Assembly (NCBI GenBank): GCA_964016885.1
Contig: OZ024743.1
Location: 232,252,001-232,316,000 of the forward strand
Direction: 5' to 3'
Length of the DNA stretch: 64,000 nt
Origin: Eledone cirrhosa
Taxonomy: Eukaryota
Shown here: piece after piece, positions 15,703-34,181 of the stretch
How the letters are laid out: every line of letters begins with the position of its first letter
Position numbering within the stretch: the first letter of the stretch is position 1
Program-made: the position numbers and the translations under genes
Notes under the pieces: generated by a model
Seen by the model: the letters and a program-made list of their open reading frames with translations, nothing else
Databases searched by the model: none
Told to the model about the DNA's origin: nothing

Positions 15703-18700
15703 ATAGCGGCGATGAATTAGTTTTGCGAGGTTTTTTATATGAAATCGTGTGTCGAAACAAATATTGTTATACTTGGGGAGGGTCATATATGTGTAATATT
15801 GCCAGAATTAATAACAGAACACATTCAGTGTTTGGTTGGTTTTCGCTTTTCGCTTCAGGGTCTTTTATATCGGTAATCTAATTTATTCGGTCCTCAATGT
15901 TGCCATTGACTGACCGACGGTCAAAAATAATACAGATACAATATAGACACAAACACATATATATAGTTTATCATAAATCTTTCGTTGCACATCTTCAACA
16001 TCGTCAGTGGTGCTATTGTTTTCACCCGTTACATTGTATGTGTACGCCATTTTTATTTAGTCTGTCTATATATTTATTTATTTATTTGTTTGTTTGTTTA
16101 TTTTATTTTGTCTTCTTTGCGCATGCGTTTGCGTGTGTGTATAGTATTTTGTTTGATGTGTGTTCGTGATTGGGTGACTGTGTATCGGTTAATGTATTCT
16201 ATCTTTACTAGTGTGCGTTTATATGTGTTTGTTGTTATTGTGCTTGTGTATGTATTTATTTATTTATTTATCTATTTATTTATTTATTTATACTTCTCTT
16301 AGGTCAGTGTTGTTTGTTTGGGTGCTGTTGTTATTCCATTCATTCTTTCTGTTTAGTCTTGGCCTTCTAAGTTCTATTTCACTGGCCTCTCTGATTTGCC
16401 CATCTGCTGGGTCATTTCTATGTTTAGATATTATTCTAATTTCTATGTTGTCTATGTTACCGTCGTGTTGATGTCTGGCATGTTCGTATAGTACTGCTCC
16501 GTTTTTTCGTCCTTTTAGTTGCCCACAGTGTTGGTCTATCCTTTCACCTATGCTACGAGCTGTCTCGCCTATGTATTTTGTTGTCATGTTTCTGCAAGTA
16601 CCCTCTGTACATCTTATGCTATAGACTACGTTTCTAGTTTTACAGTTTATCCGGGGGTTTACCTTACATATGATGCATTTCCTATTAGTACAGTGGGTTT
16701 TCTTAAAAGGATAGGTTTTGCTGATGAGGGATTTTATGGTGGTTCTTGGCTTTTCTACCACCTTAATCTTTAAGTGGGTCTTTCTCAGGGCCTTTCTACA
16801 CTGGTTAGCTAATTTCCCTCCAGGGGTAGCGTCCACAAACATGACACTCTGATATCTCTGGTCTTCGTACCATGAGGTGGCTTTCCCTATCTTATGTCTA
16901 ACCCTATCTAAGCTATTCCATGATTTGCTCCTGTATAATGGGCAAATTCCTTTCATGTCCAGTTCTATGAGGGTCTTATACTTCTCCATGTCTCCTTCGT
17001 ATACTCTGAGTCTGTCTCTTTGGTTGTAGCCAGAGAACTGCATGCGGTTGATGAAGTGTTGGATGTGTCTTTCCATTTTTGTTGGGTCGCATATGCGGGA
17101 CACATTCTTCATCACTCGTACCAAATCTGCGATCAGAATATTAAACTTAGCACTACTGGACATTGCTGAGTTTTTGACTATCAGGTATTTGGAGGCCATG
17201 GGTTTAGCATAGTGTGAGTGGAGAATTTGGGCTCTCTCGTCTATAGTGTTAATCCAGAGTTCTGTGTCTAATACAGGTAGTCTATTGTTAGGGTGTTTGG
17301 AAGGGAAGTCGATAGTTACAGTTATACTCTGGTGTATGGAATGAGCTATCTGCTGGATGCTTTCCATTGTGCTACGTTCTAAATCAAACTTGTTAGTGCT
17401 CTCTATCGTCTACGTAACGAGAGTACATGATGAGGTCTATGGAGCTCTCATTAAGGAGATCTTTAAGTCTCCTTTCCCACCATACCATGAAAAGGTTGGC
17501 AACATCACCAGCTATGCAGACGCCAATGACTGCTCCCTCGTTTTGGGTGTAGATCTCGTTGAACTTGAATATGTGGCCCTTTAGGGTAGTTGTGATACTA
17601 GCCCCTATTGCATGTGCGACCATTTTTCTTACCTGATCATTGTTTTGGGGGGTCTGTATAGCTTTGGTCCACCCAATGCACCTTTCCATGGGAGTCGTTT
17701 TTGCCATTGAGGTTATGGTGGGGGGTCTACCTCTTGTGGGTCTACTAGGGCAGAAACGTCTAAGGTCATGGCTGTCTAGGTAGTCAGTGTCGTAGGTAAG
17801 TCTAAGTAGGAGGCACAGTTCGTCTGTGTCGACGTCGCAGAACTCCACCTCACTCTCAATGATCATCTCCACACATTTTTCCACAGCAAAATCAATGTTA
17901 ATGGATGGGTACAGTGATACCACATCCATGCACCCTATTATGCAGTTGGATAGGTTCCTGTTTTTGTTGCACTCACTGATTCTGCTGAGGAGGTCCTCTG
18001 TACTGTCACATACATCTGGGGACATCTTGATTATGGGCGTATAACCATTGAGAGGAAGTAGGAGATCCTGTAGTTGCTAGCTGTATTAGCTCCGCATACG
18101 GGTCTTTTTGGTGGTCCTATCTTGTGGTCTTTGCGGAGCCCATACAAGGGTGGTATGGCATTGTTAGACGCCTGGAAGTTGTTGGCAGTGCGTCTGCTTG
18201 GCTTTAGGATGTCAGTCCACATCATCATTTGAGCGTTGAGGATTTTCTCTCTCCCATCATGTGTTTGCTGTGCAATTTCGCTTGTGTTCGTGGTGTGGGG
18301 TTGTATAGCCTTGATGTAGTTAGGCATGTTATCTATTGAAATCCTACCAGACTTATCCGTGGGTAGACATACTACCTCACCATCCCTTGTGCGCTGCTTG
18401 AGGCTAACCAAGCCTTCTACAGGTTTCCTCCCATGTTGTTGGGCCTCTGGTCTGCTCTGTCTCTTAGTATACCGGTCTACTATTTGTCTAATCATATTTC
18501 TAGCTATGGTGAACTGTGCCTCTGTCTCGTCATCTATTTGTTGTGGTATGCAAAATCTTTTATTAAAGGGTAACCTCGTAGGATAGATATTACCCATCTT
18601 ATATGTTTTGTCAGCTGGGTTGAAAAATAGTTTCTCTAAGGGTTGTCATTATATCTATCGTCATAGTTGTGTGTGTTGCTATTATTGTTATCATGGTGGT

Positions 18701-20129
18701 TGTTGTTGTTCCTATCATTAGCATTATTATTATTGTTATGATTGCTAGATGTATTGTTGTTTACTACACCGTTATTGTTGTTGTTACTGTTATTTCTACC
18801 ATTGTGGTTGTTACTTTTATTATGTTTCTTGTTTTTGTTGTGCCTATCATTAATGCTGCTACATGTATTATTTCCAGAATTACCACTGTGGTTATTGTTG
18901 TTGTTGTTCGTATTGTTTACCGTTATTACTACTGTGGTCGCTGCTGCTGTGTCTGTGGTTAATGTTTCTATTATTATTATTATTGTGGTTGTTGTTGTTG
19001 TTCTGTCTATCGTTAGCATTATTACCATTATTACTATTTCTCACTCTCCTGCTATTGTTATTGTTATGGCTGTTATTTCTATACTCAGAGTTTATATTAT
19101 TACTACCGTTATTATTGTTGTTGTTGTTGTTTACTTTTGCATTCCAACGTATTTTTGTGAAACACTTTTCCAGCTCCGTTTTGCACTCGATAGAGTTAAT
19201 CTTTTTGTAGATGGCAAATTTTGGTGGTAGCTGCAGGATTTGTTGTTCTTGTTCACTGATTAAAGTGTTCCCATTAATATTTACTGTGTGGTCATTGGTA
19301 AATTCTTCCGGTAGTTTTACATCAGTCATACGGATATTGTTGATGTTACCTGGGTATTTTGGAGAATATTCTATTTTCCTTTCTTGTAGTTTTTTCTTAT
19401 TCATCCATTATAATTTCTTATTGAAATGCTTATTGTATTCGTGTCGGGTGTATTTCGTTTCACGTCGGATGACGCTCATGAAGTCATCCCTTTCGTTTGG
19501 TGTGGTGAGATTTTGGACTTCCTTACCGTTAATGCGTTTCTGTCTGTAAAGTTCGTTGACTTTTGTGTATGTTGTTCTTTTCATATTAACTGTTATTGTG
19601 TGTTTTAGTCGTTCAGCTTGTGTTTTGTTCAATAATAAATTATTTACTTGTTTTGATATGTTTGTTGTGTGTATTTTGGAGGTAACACAGTGTTTTAAGA
19701 AGCGGATTTGTTCTGTTGTTATTGTAGTTTTTATATAACAGAAAACAGTGTCCTTCAATAACATTTCAGCTTGGCACAAGCTAATGCTATAACGGCGATG
19801 AATTAGTTTTGTGAGGTTTTTTATATGAAATCGTGTGTCGAAACAAATATTGTTATACTTGGGGAGGGTCATATTTGTGTAATATTGCCAGAATTAATAA
19901 CAGAACACACTCACTGTTTGGTTGATAAACTATATATATGTGTTTGTGTCTATATTGTATCTGTATTATTTTTGACCGTCGGTCAGTCAATGGCAACATT
20001 GAGGACCGAGTAAGTTGGATCGCAGATATAATAAAAGACAGCGAGAAGCGAAAACCAACCAAACAGTGAGTGTGTTCTGTTATTAATTCTGGCAATATTA
20101 CACAAATATGACCCTCCCCAAGTATAACA

Positions 20130-20131
<2 letters not shown>
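15703..20131 (-). mobile_element. Near full-length Neptune-like PLE family B with frameshifted ORF, 3' pseudo-LTR and inverted 5' pseudo-LTR
   Basis: ORF pieces from 19872 down to 16288: [11 protein letters not shown]..., LPPKFA, PTDKSG, PPLYGLRKDHK...RPVC, DVVSLYPSI, SRYVDD, YIGETARSIGERIDQH. ORF start repeated at 15703-15786. Inverted segment at 19923-20131. Confidence 0.92.
15970..16011 (-). ncRNA. Minimal type I hammerhead ribozyme (family B)
   Basis: Minus strand: ACCA-CTGACGA-T-GTTG(aagatgtg)CAAC-GAAAG-AT-TTA/TGAT. Confidence 0.7.
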
Positions 20132-20196
<65 letters not shown>

Positions 20197-20342
20197 TATA
20201 TATATATATAAATATATGCACATTTCAAAAACAAATATCATCATGCAATAACATTTGTGTTTTCATCAGATAAAATAGGAAGGCATGATATGAAAAACTG
20301 CACTCTCCACAAGGGTTTTTTAACCTTCATATCATGTCTTCC

Positions 20343-21880
<1,538 letters not shown>

Positions 21881-24800
21881 ACTCTTTTACTCTTTTATCT
21901 GTTTCAGCCATCCGGCTGAGGCCATGTTGGGGCACCGCCCTTGTTGCTACACATTTTATCTCCAGCCTGTATAGGTTGGCCACTGGTGTAAGAGGGAGTT
22001 TGTTGCTGCAGCCCTTAGGTTTCCCTCGTGTCTTGCTGTGGGCTCATCCGGGATCCTGGATAACAAGGTGTCGAGATGTTTCTGGAAGACATCCACCTCC
22101 ACGTCATGCAAGTCTCGCAGATGCCTCGGCAGCCTGTTGAAGAGTTGAGGGCCCTTGAATCCCAGGCTATTGCAATACCTGCTCCTTATTCTAGATGTGG
22201 AAGACGGGACCTTTGGCACCACACAGTGACGTCCTGTTCGACGGTTGGTCCAGCTCCCAATGCCAATGTTTGGTGCTAGTCCCTCCAGGATTATACACAT
22301 CTAGATCACTGCGTATCTCTCCCGTCTTCGCTACAAGGAGTAGAGGTTCAGTTCCTTTAGCCTCTCCCAGTAGTTTGTCTCCCTCATTTTGGCAATCCTC
22401 TTGGTGTAGCTTCGCTGGATTGCCTCAAGCTCCGTGGTTAGTTTGACACTATGGGATGACCTCAACTGGGAGCAGTAGTCCAGGCGGCTTAGGACAAATG
22501 TCCTCCATAGTGTCAACATGGTGTCGCGATCTCTTGTCCGGAAAGTCCTCAAGATCCAGCCAGCGAGTCGTCTGCACATTGTCGCCACTTTCATGATGTG
22601 TGAAGAAAAAGATGCATCATCGCTCATGTCTATGCCCAGGTCTCGTATCGATTTTGACACGGGGATATCGGTCTCTCCTGGTCCTGTGTAGTTGTGTTCC
22701 ACTATATTTGTGTTTCCAGGTTTGTTTGGTGGTTTGTATTGTAGGGCTTGGAATTTGCCAGCATTAAACTGCATGTTGTTTTCTTCCGCCCATTTGTATA
22801 TGGCATCCAGATCCTGCTGTAAAAGGGCAGCGTCAGCCAGTTTTTTTATTGCCTGTGCTACCTTAGTGTCATCAGCATAGCTAGTGAGGGATGTCGTTGG
22901 TATGTACTACAGAGGGCATGTCTGAGAGAGCCACCAAAAACAGTAGTGGTCCCAGGCCTGTCTCCTGGGGCACCCCACTTGTTATTGGTGTTTCCTTTGA
23001 GAGGGCCCCATTTGCTGCGATTGCCTAGCTTCTGTCCCTTAGGAAGCCATGCAGCCACTCACCTACTTTTCCAGTTATGCCGAGTCCGTGTAGTTTGTGA
23101 CGTATCATTCCGTGGTCGACCTTGTCAAAGGCCTTCGCTAAGTCAAGATATATCACGTACACATGTGAGCTGTCTAGTAGTGGTCTCAGTACCCAGTCGT
23201 AGTGATGTAGCAGCTGTGTAAGGCAGCTTCTTCCTGGGCGGAAGCCATGTTGCGTGCTAGTCAGGCGGTCATTTTCCCCGAGGAAAGTGATCAGTTCCTT
23301 TCTGACGACTCGCTCCATGACCTTACTGATATGCGACGTCAGGGAGATTGGCCTATAGTTTTTGGCCTCCGCTCTGCTACCTCCTTTATGGATAGGGCAT
23401 ATTGTGCCTTCTATCAGCTCCCTGGGTAGTACACCGCTAGCCAAGGAGCTTCTGAAGAGCATCTTCAGTGGAGTTGCTAAGGCCCGCTTACATATTTTTA
23501 AGAGAACTGCTGGGAATCCATCAGGTCCAGCAGCCGAGTCTGTTCTAATTTCATCAATGGCGTACACCACATCCTCCTCCGTTATGTCTATGTGGTTGAT
23601 GGTTGCCATTTCTTCATGTAGTGTTGTGGAATCAAAGAACTCCTCTGGCTTCGTTATTTGCATGTGCCTCAGTGGACTTGTGAACACACTTTTGTACTGT
23701 TCGTTCAGTATTTCACATATCTCTTGTGGGTTTTCGGTTAATGAACCGTCCGTATGGAAGAGTGGCCCAATCTTGCAGTCTACTGAGGCAGTTTCTTTTG
23801 AAAATTTATAGAAGGCCTTAGGGTTTGTTTTAATGTTTTCTATGGCCCTGTTCTCTTTCTTTGCCCTCTCATTCTCATGGGAAAGCTTGAGTGCAATCTC
23901 GGTGCCAAGTAATGCACATTTCAAATAGGATTCCTTCTTGTTTTGGTTTTGTTGACTATTCAACTGGTTTGAGAGTTTGGTTCTACGTCTCATAAGGATT
24001 TTCCTATCTCTGGGAATAAGATTTTTGTGTCTGTTTGCCTCTTTCTCCGGGACAAACTTTTTGCATATAGTGTGTATCGTTGTCATGAAGTGTTGAAATT
24101 TTGTGTTAGTGTCTTGTGTGGCGGTGTTTTCACTCCATGTTTGCTTTCGGATTTCTCTCTTAATCTTCTTCCAGTTAGCCTTGTAGAAGTTAAGGCTGGA
24201 TAACGTCCCGGAGCTTCTTGGTGGTTTTGTCTCTGTTGGTTCTCTTGGACCACATATCATTAGCTCTACTAAGTTATGATCCGAGAGAATTGTTGGTGTC
24301 ACCTTTACATTGTGGATGAGCACTTCGTTGTTTGTAAAACAGAGGTCCAGGACATTTTCGCCTCTTGTTGGGAGAAGTATTGCTTGCTCCATGAACAGCC
24401 TGTGTGTGAGGGCCAGCAGGGATTCCGTCTGTCTCTGTTCTATTGACGTCATTCCAGGGAGGAGGTGGCTCTCAGGCCATTTGACCTTTGGTAGTTTGAA
24501 GTCTCCCAGCAGTAGAATGTTGAGACCCTGGTCCAGTTTGTCAAGGACCTCTTCTATCCTACTTAGGCTATACTCAAATTTACCCTCATGACTGGGGGCA
24601 TCGGGCGGCCGATATGTGACACATTATACTGTCTGTAGTTGCTTCATATGTACTATCAGTGTGTCACAGACTGAGTTTGAATGTGTCAACAGTACAATTG
24701 GTGTGACATCTTCACGGATATACAGAGCAACCCCACCATGAGTTCTCTCCTTCCTGTCCGAACGAAATACAGTATATTTCGGTATATGTATTTCTGCATC

Positions 24801-25680
24801 TGCTATACTGCTTGTCAGGTGCGTTTCGGTTAGTGCCATGCATAGTGCTTGATTGCTTATGGCTATGTCTCCCAGGTAGGAAATTTTACTCATGTTACTG
24901 AGTTTCACCAGGCCTCTGACATTCAGCAGCAGCACTGGTGTGATTTTGGGGTGCTAGAAATGGCTGTCGGTATGACACCTGGTCTGGTGTCAGCGGCGGC
25001 CACTCTGGGTCCCTTAACTGTGATGGTCTCCAGTGCTGGTGTGGATGAGCCTGGCTCTGGAGACGATGCAGCCAGGTCAGCTGTCCCACAATCTTCTCTG
25101 CCATCACTAAAAAATGTTTCTGCTCTGCTGCTGCCATCTGTATCTCGTCGGCATGTGCGTGCCTTCTCCTTGTTGGTCCGGCACGCCCGACTGCAGCATA
25201 CTTCTGGAGCGGCTTATTTCGGCTTTGGCTGGGGCATGTTGCGCGAGTAGGATGGGCATAGTTCGTTTGAGGCCTAGGGTGGGCGAATCTGCACCCCATC
25301 CCTGTGTCTCCATGCCAGCATGTCCCGTTCTTGAAAAACTTGCACATTACTTGGGTTTTTTGCTCCCAGTGTCTCGGTGCTTTCTGTTCTTCCTTTGAAC
25401 AGTTGTCCACTGGTCCCTCTGCGCTCGGTTCTCCTTGGGAAGGTGATTTCGTTTTCACCTTTGCCCTTTGCTTGTTGGTTTCCCGGCCTGCCCTCCCTGA
25501 CTGTGGCGGAGGGTATTTCATTTTCTTTCAGGTCCGTGCTTGTGCTCCCCTCCTTTTCTTTTTCTTTTTCTTTTTCTTTCTCTTTCCCCTCATCCTTCCC
25601 TTCGGTTTTCTCCTCCCTGAGGACACGGCTTAGCATCGCCATATGTGGCGCTATGAGGATATACGCCTTCTCCATTTCTT
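21881..25680 (-). mobile_element. Near full-length CR1-group LINE (CCCH-finger 5' region, APE endonuclease, RT), disrupted
   Basis: CKFFKNGTCWHGDTGMGCRFAHP, LLLNVRGL...ALTETHL...RSDR...GGVALY, PTRGENVLDLCFTN...SDHN, NYRPISLTS, YLDLAKAFDKVDH. 3' tail (AAAAGAGT)2 runs into (TA)n. Confidence 0.92.
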
Positions 25681-25727
25681 TATATATATATCTATATATA
25701 TATACATATATATATATATACATATAT

Positions 25728-26105
25728 AGAAACTCACTCAGATGGTGGATGGATGCTACACGAGAATGCTGAGGATGGCTCGGAACATTAATCAGTATAC
25801 ACTCAGGATGAAAAACTCAGAGCTGTATGGGAGCATCCCAAAAGTCAGCTCAAAAATGACACAGAGGAGACTGAGGTTAGCTGGACATGCTCACCGACAT
25901 CCAGAGTTGACATTGCACTCAGTACACCTTTGGGAGCCCCTACATGGACACACTAGAAGAGGAAGACCAAGGTTAACGTATGTTGATGCCCTAAGGACAG
26001 ACACTGGTCTGTTGGAGATGCAGGACATGGCAGCGATAATGAGGGACAGAGACCGCTGGAGAGAACTCGTCCATGGATCTCGGGAATTTTACCCGCCTTA
26101 GATAG
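25728..26105 (+). mobile_element. 3' fragment of an RTE/RTE-X LINE
   Basis: DGCYTRMLR...RRLRLAGH...LWEP.HG...[10 protein letters not shown]...[11 protein letters not shown], typical of the RTE-group C-terminus. Confidence 0.8.
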
Positions 26106-26123
26106 ATACATATATATATATAC

Positions 26124-26317
<194 letters not shown>

Positions 26318-26575
26318 CCTTGCAATGGTCAAGTGATACTGTGACACTTAGTGCCTTCGTGGGCCCCTGATATATTCAAGAGATATATTCTAAAAAAATA
26401 TATATCTTATCTCAATTTACTTTATTTCATTTTATTTTATTTCATTTCATGTTATCTAATTTTATTTATTTACTTACTTGACTCCATTCATTTATTTATT
26501 TATTTATTTATTTAAATTTAAATTTAAATTTTAATTTTAAAATTTAAATTTTAATTTTATTTATTTATTTAATTT

Positions 26576-26611
<36 letters not shown>

Positions 26612-27174
26612 TTACATTTAATTACATTTAATTATACATTTAATTATATCTTATATTATATTATTTTAATTTAGTCTATGTTATTTGATTTTAGTTTACC
26701 TTATTTTATCTTATTTTACGATTATATTATATTATGTTCTATGTATATAATTTTTAATTTTAATTTTATATTATTTTATCTCATTCCTTACCCTATATTT
26801 TATATGTAAGTTTGTTATGTATTTCTTTGTATTTCTTTATATTTTCTTATTTATATATATTATAAGTCTGTTTTTCACCTATTTTTTACCTACTCTTACC
26901 TAATCCCATCTATCTTATCTACTCTTGTCTGTTCTCTTATCCATGTGTCTACTCTTGTCTGTTCTCTTATCCATGTGTATGCTTGTATGTAACTATATGT
27001 TGACAGCACCCGCCCAACTGTGACTGATAGCACCCCTTATTCTTATTTTTATTTTTACTTTTATTTTTACTTTTATTTTTACTTTTATTTTTATTCTTAT
27101 CCTTTATCGTCTATTATTACCTTTCATTCTTCAATGTCTTGGATTTGTTATTGCTTGTATGGTATGTAATTAAC

Positions 27175-27232
27175 CTTTATGCTCTGATGAGTCCCACTTA
27201 TAGTGCGGATGAAACAATGTTAGCAAGTAAAG
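27175..27232 (+). ncRNA. Type I hammerhead ribozyme in an AT-rich PLE-type 3' UTR (~26330-27362)
   Basis: CTTTA-TGCT-CTGATGA-GTCC(cacttatagtgc)GGAT-GAAAC-AAT-GTT/AGCA-ag-TAAAG. Confidence 0.85.
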
Positions 27233-27362
27233 ATATGCATAAGCTATAAGCGTTCTTTGTTATTTATTATATTACGGCTCTGTCCTCAGACATTGAGCTA
27301 ACCTCATACTGCCTGCTGGATAAGTGGAGTGTTATACACCGCTGATCCTTTCCCTAGCATAC

Positions 27363-27400
<38 letters not shown>

Positions 27401-27416
27401 CATATATATATACATT

Positions 27417-27530
<114 letters not shown>

Positions 27531-27569
27531 CATATATATATACATATATATATACATATATATATATAC

Positions 27570-27705
<136 letters not shown>

Positions 27706-27739
27706 ACACACATATATATATATATACATATATATATAC

Positions 27740-27799
<60 letters not shown>

Positions 27800-27964
27800 G
27801 TGTGTATGTATATATATATATATATATATGTATATATAAATGTATATATGTATATATATATATATATGTATGTATGTATATATATATATATATATGTTTG
27901 TATATATATATATATATGTATGTGTATATATATACATATATATATATATATAAATATGTATATG

Positions 27965-27998
<34 letters not shown>

Positions 27999-28014
27999 GA
28001 TAGATATATATATG

Positions 28015-28096
<82 letters not shown>

Positions 28097-28099
28097 TAC

Positions 28100-31042
<2,943 letters not shown>

Positions 31043-31045
<3 letters not shown>

Positions 31046-32360
31046 TACAACCAAAGAGACAGAGTCAGAGTATACGAAGGAGCCATGGAAAAGTATAAGA
31101 CCCTCATAGAACTGGACATGAAAGGAATTTGCCCACTATACAGGAGCAAATCATGGAATAGCTTAGATAGGGCTTGACATAAGATAGGGGAGGCCACATC
31201 ATGGTACGACAACCAGAGAGATCAGAGTGTCATGTTTGTGGACGCCACCCCTGGAGGGAAATTAGCTAACCAGTGTAGAAAGGCCCTGAGAAAGACCCAC
31301 TTAAAAATAAAGGTGGTAGAAAAGCCATGAACCACCATAAAATCCCTGATCAGCAAAACCTACCCTTTTAAGAAAAACCACTGTACCAATAGGAAATGTA
31401 TCATATGTAAGGTGAACCCCCGGATAAACTGTAAAACTAGAAACGTAGTCTATAGCATAAGATGTACAGAGGGTACTTGCAGAAACATGACAACAACATA
31501 CATAGGTGAGACAGCTCGTAGCATAGGTGAAAGGATAGACCAACACTGGGGGGAACTAAAAGGACGAAAAAACGGGTCAGTACTATACGAACATGCTAGA
31601 CAACAACATGACGGTAACATAGACAACATAGAAATTAGAATAATATCTAAACATAGGAATGACCCAGCAGATAGGCAAATCAGAGAGGCCAGTGAAATAG
31701 AAATTAGAAGACCAAAGCTAAACAGAAAGAATGAGTGGAACAACAACAACACCCAAACAAACAACACTGACCTAAGAGAAGTATAAATAAGTAAATAAAA
31801 TTAAATAAAATAAGATAAATAAATACATACACAAGCACAATAACAACAAGCACATAAACACACACTAGTCACCCAGCAGACACAACACCATACACACTAG
31901 TCACACATCACACATAACACTATACACACACGCAAACGCATGCGCAAAGAAGACAAAATAAAATAAGATAAACAAACAAGCAAATAAATAAATAAATATA
32001 TAGACAGACTGAACAAAAAAAATGGCGTAGACATACAACACAACAGGAGGAACAATGAATATAACACCACTGACGATGTTGCAGATGTGCAACGAAAGAT
32101 TTATGTAAATTATGTAAACTATATATATGTGTTTGTGTCTATATTGTATCTGTATTATTTTTGACCGTCGGTCAGTCAATGGCAACATTGAGGACCGAGT
32201 AAGTTAGATCGCAGATATAAAAGACAGCGAGAAGCGAAAACCAACCAAACAGTGAGTGTGTTCTGTTATTAATTCTGGCAATATTACGCAAATATGACCC
32301 TCCCCAAATATAACAATATCTGTTTCGACACACTATTTCATATAAAAAACCTCGCAAAAC
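31043..32360 (+). mobile_element. Inverted 3' arm of PLE family B (HHR at 32066-32105)
   Basis: Reverse complement of ~28425-29700 with an identical 124-aa GIY-YIG ORF (31412-31786). HHR core CTGACGA-T-GTTGCA(gatg)TGCAAC-GAAAG-AT-TTA. Confidence 0.92.
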
Positions 32361-32393
32361 TATATATATATATATATATAAATATATATGTAT

Positions 32394-32482
<89 letters not shown>

Positions 32483-32502
32483 TATATACATACACACACA
32501 TA

Positions 32503-32617
<115 letters not shown>

Positions 32618-32650
32618 ATGTATATATATGTGTGTATGTATATATATATA

Positions 32651-32689
<39 letters not shown>

Positions 32690-32691
32690 AT

Positions 32692-32941
32692 ATATAAAAA
32701 GTAGCGGAGCAAGCGGTTATCAAACAATTCTCTAAATAAATTAAAAAACGATTTAAATAATAACCTGTTCTGTTGTTGTTACCGACGGTTTCATCATTCT
32801 AAAAGATTGGAAATCCAGAGAATTTCCTATGGATAGCAATGAACCGTCGGTAACACCAACAGAACAGGTGATTATTTAAATCGTTTTTTAATTTATTTAG
32901 AGAATTGTTTGATAACCGCTTGCTCCGCTACTTTTTATATT
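32692..32941. repeat. ~100-bp inverted repeat with ~45-nt spacer (probable paired PLE/retrozyme 3' termini)
   Basis: 32692-32790 versus 32842-32941. The left arm read on the minus strand begins GAAAC-CGTCG-GTA, like an HHR stem III. Confidence 0.7.
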
Positions 32942-33179
32942 GTTCTGTTGTCTCGAATTAGTACCATTGAACCACAAATATTATAAACAACTTGCATATT
33001 TCTACAAGGACATAGTACCTTTTTAAGTATTCTTCCACAATTATATGAAAGACGTAAAATAAGAAAATTATGAAAGTTAACTTACTTACTAAAATTTCAC
33101 TCCAACTAATTAGTTTCTGTAAGGGAATAAATATGGTTATGTAACTCACCCATAGAGAATCCTTACGTCATCAGGGATA

Positions 33180-33752
33180 TATATATTTGGTAGCATAGGT
33201 ATGCATCTGTATACATATGTTGATAGATATACTAATTCTTTCTATTTAACTCCAAATTATTTGTTGAGCAAAACTTGCCGAAATTACTACTATGGTTCAT
33301 GGTAGTAGTTAGTCTCTTGTCTTATTAGCACTCAACTCCTCACTGATTAACCTCAGTGTCACGTGATTGATTCTTTTGAATTCGCCACTGACCAAGTAGG
33401 CAGTGAATTTTTTCAATGTCCTGGAATTTATCCCCGCTCGCTTTTTTCCATCCACTGAATTATTTTTATATAAGTTCCCGGTGTCCACGCATTGCCTGGG
33501 AGCTTAGCTGAGAATAGACTCCCTGATGACGTAAGGATTCTCTATGGGTGCGTGACGTAACCATATTTATTCCCTTACAGAAACTAATTAGTTGGAGTGA
33601 AATTTTAGTAAGTTAATTTTGATAATTTTCTTATATTACGTCTTTCATATAATTGTTCAGCATCCCCTTGCATAGAACCACAAAGTTACTAAGATATATG
33701 TTTGCTAGCATAGGTATGCATCTGTATACATATGTTGGTAGATATACTAATT

Positions 33753-33756
<4 letters not shown>
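33180..33756 (+). mobile_element. ORF-less HHR-containing unit, 515-nt period with ~60-nt terminal redundancy (retrozyme-like)
   Basis: tagcataggtatgcatctgtatacatatgttg.tagatatactaattcttt at 33191 and 33706. Inverted partial arm at ~33038-33177. Confidence 0.7.
33518..33598 (+). ncRNA. Type I hammerhead ribozyme (inverted copy at 33099-33177)
   Basis: ACTCC-CTGATGA-cGTAAGG...CCTTACa-GAAAC-TAATTA-GTT/GGAGT with palindromic loop 3. Confidence 0.8.
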
Positions 33757-33814
<58 letters not shown>

Positions 33815-33882
33815 ATATATTGCAAACAAACGTATATATTGCAAAGCAAACAAGATGTTTGAGCGCATTTGCGCCGAAATAT

Positions 33883-33923
<41 letters not shown>

Positions 33924-33950
33924 CATGTCTGTGTCAGTGTATGAGAGAGG

Positions 33951-34002
<52 letters not shown>

Positions 34003-34139
34003 ATGTATATATGTATATATATATATGTGTGTGCGTGCGCGTGTGTATACACTCATATATATAGCTGTATGCATATTCTTATTTACTGTAGCATATAAAT
34101 GATTATATGTGTAAAGGAACGAATATCCGATCTCTTCCG

Positions 34140-34181
<42 letters not shown>

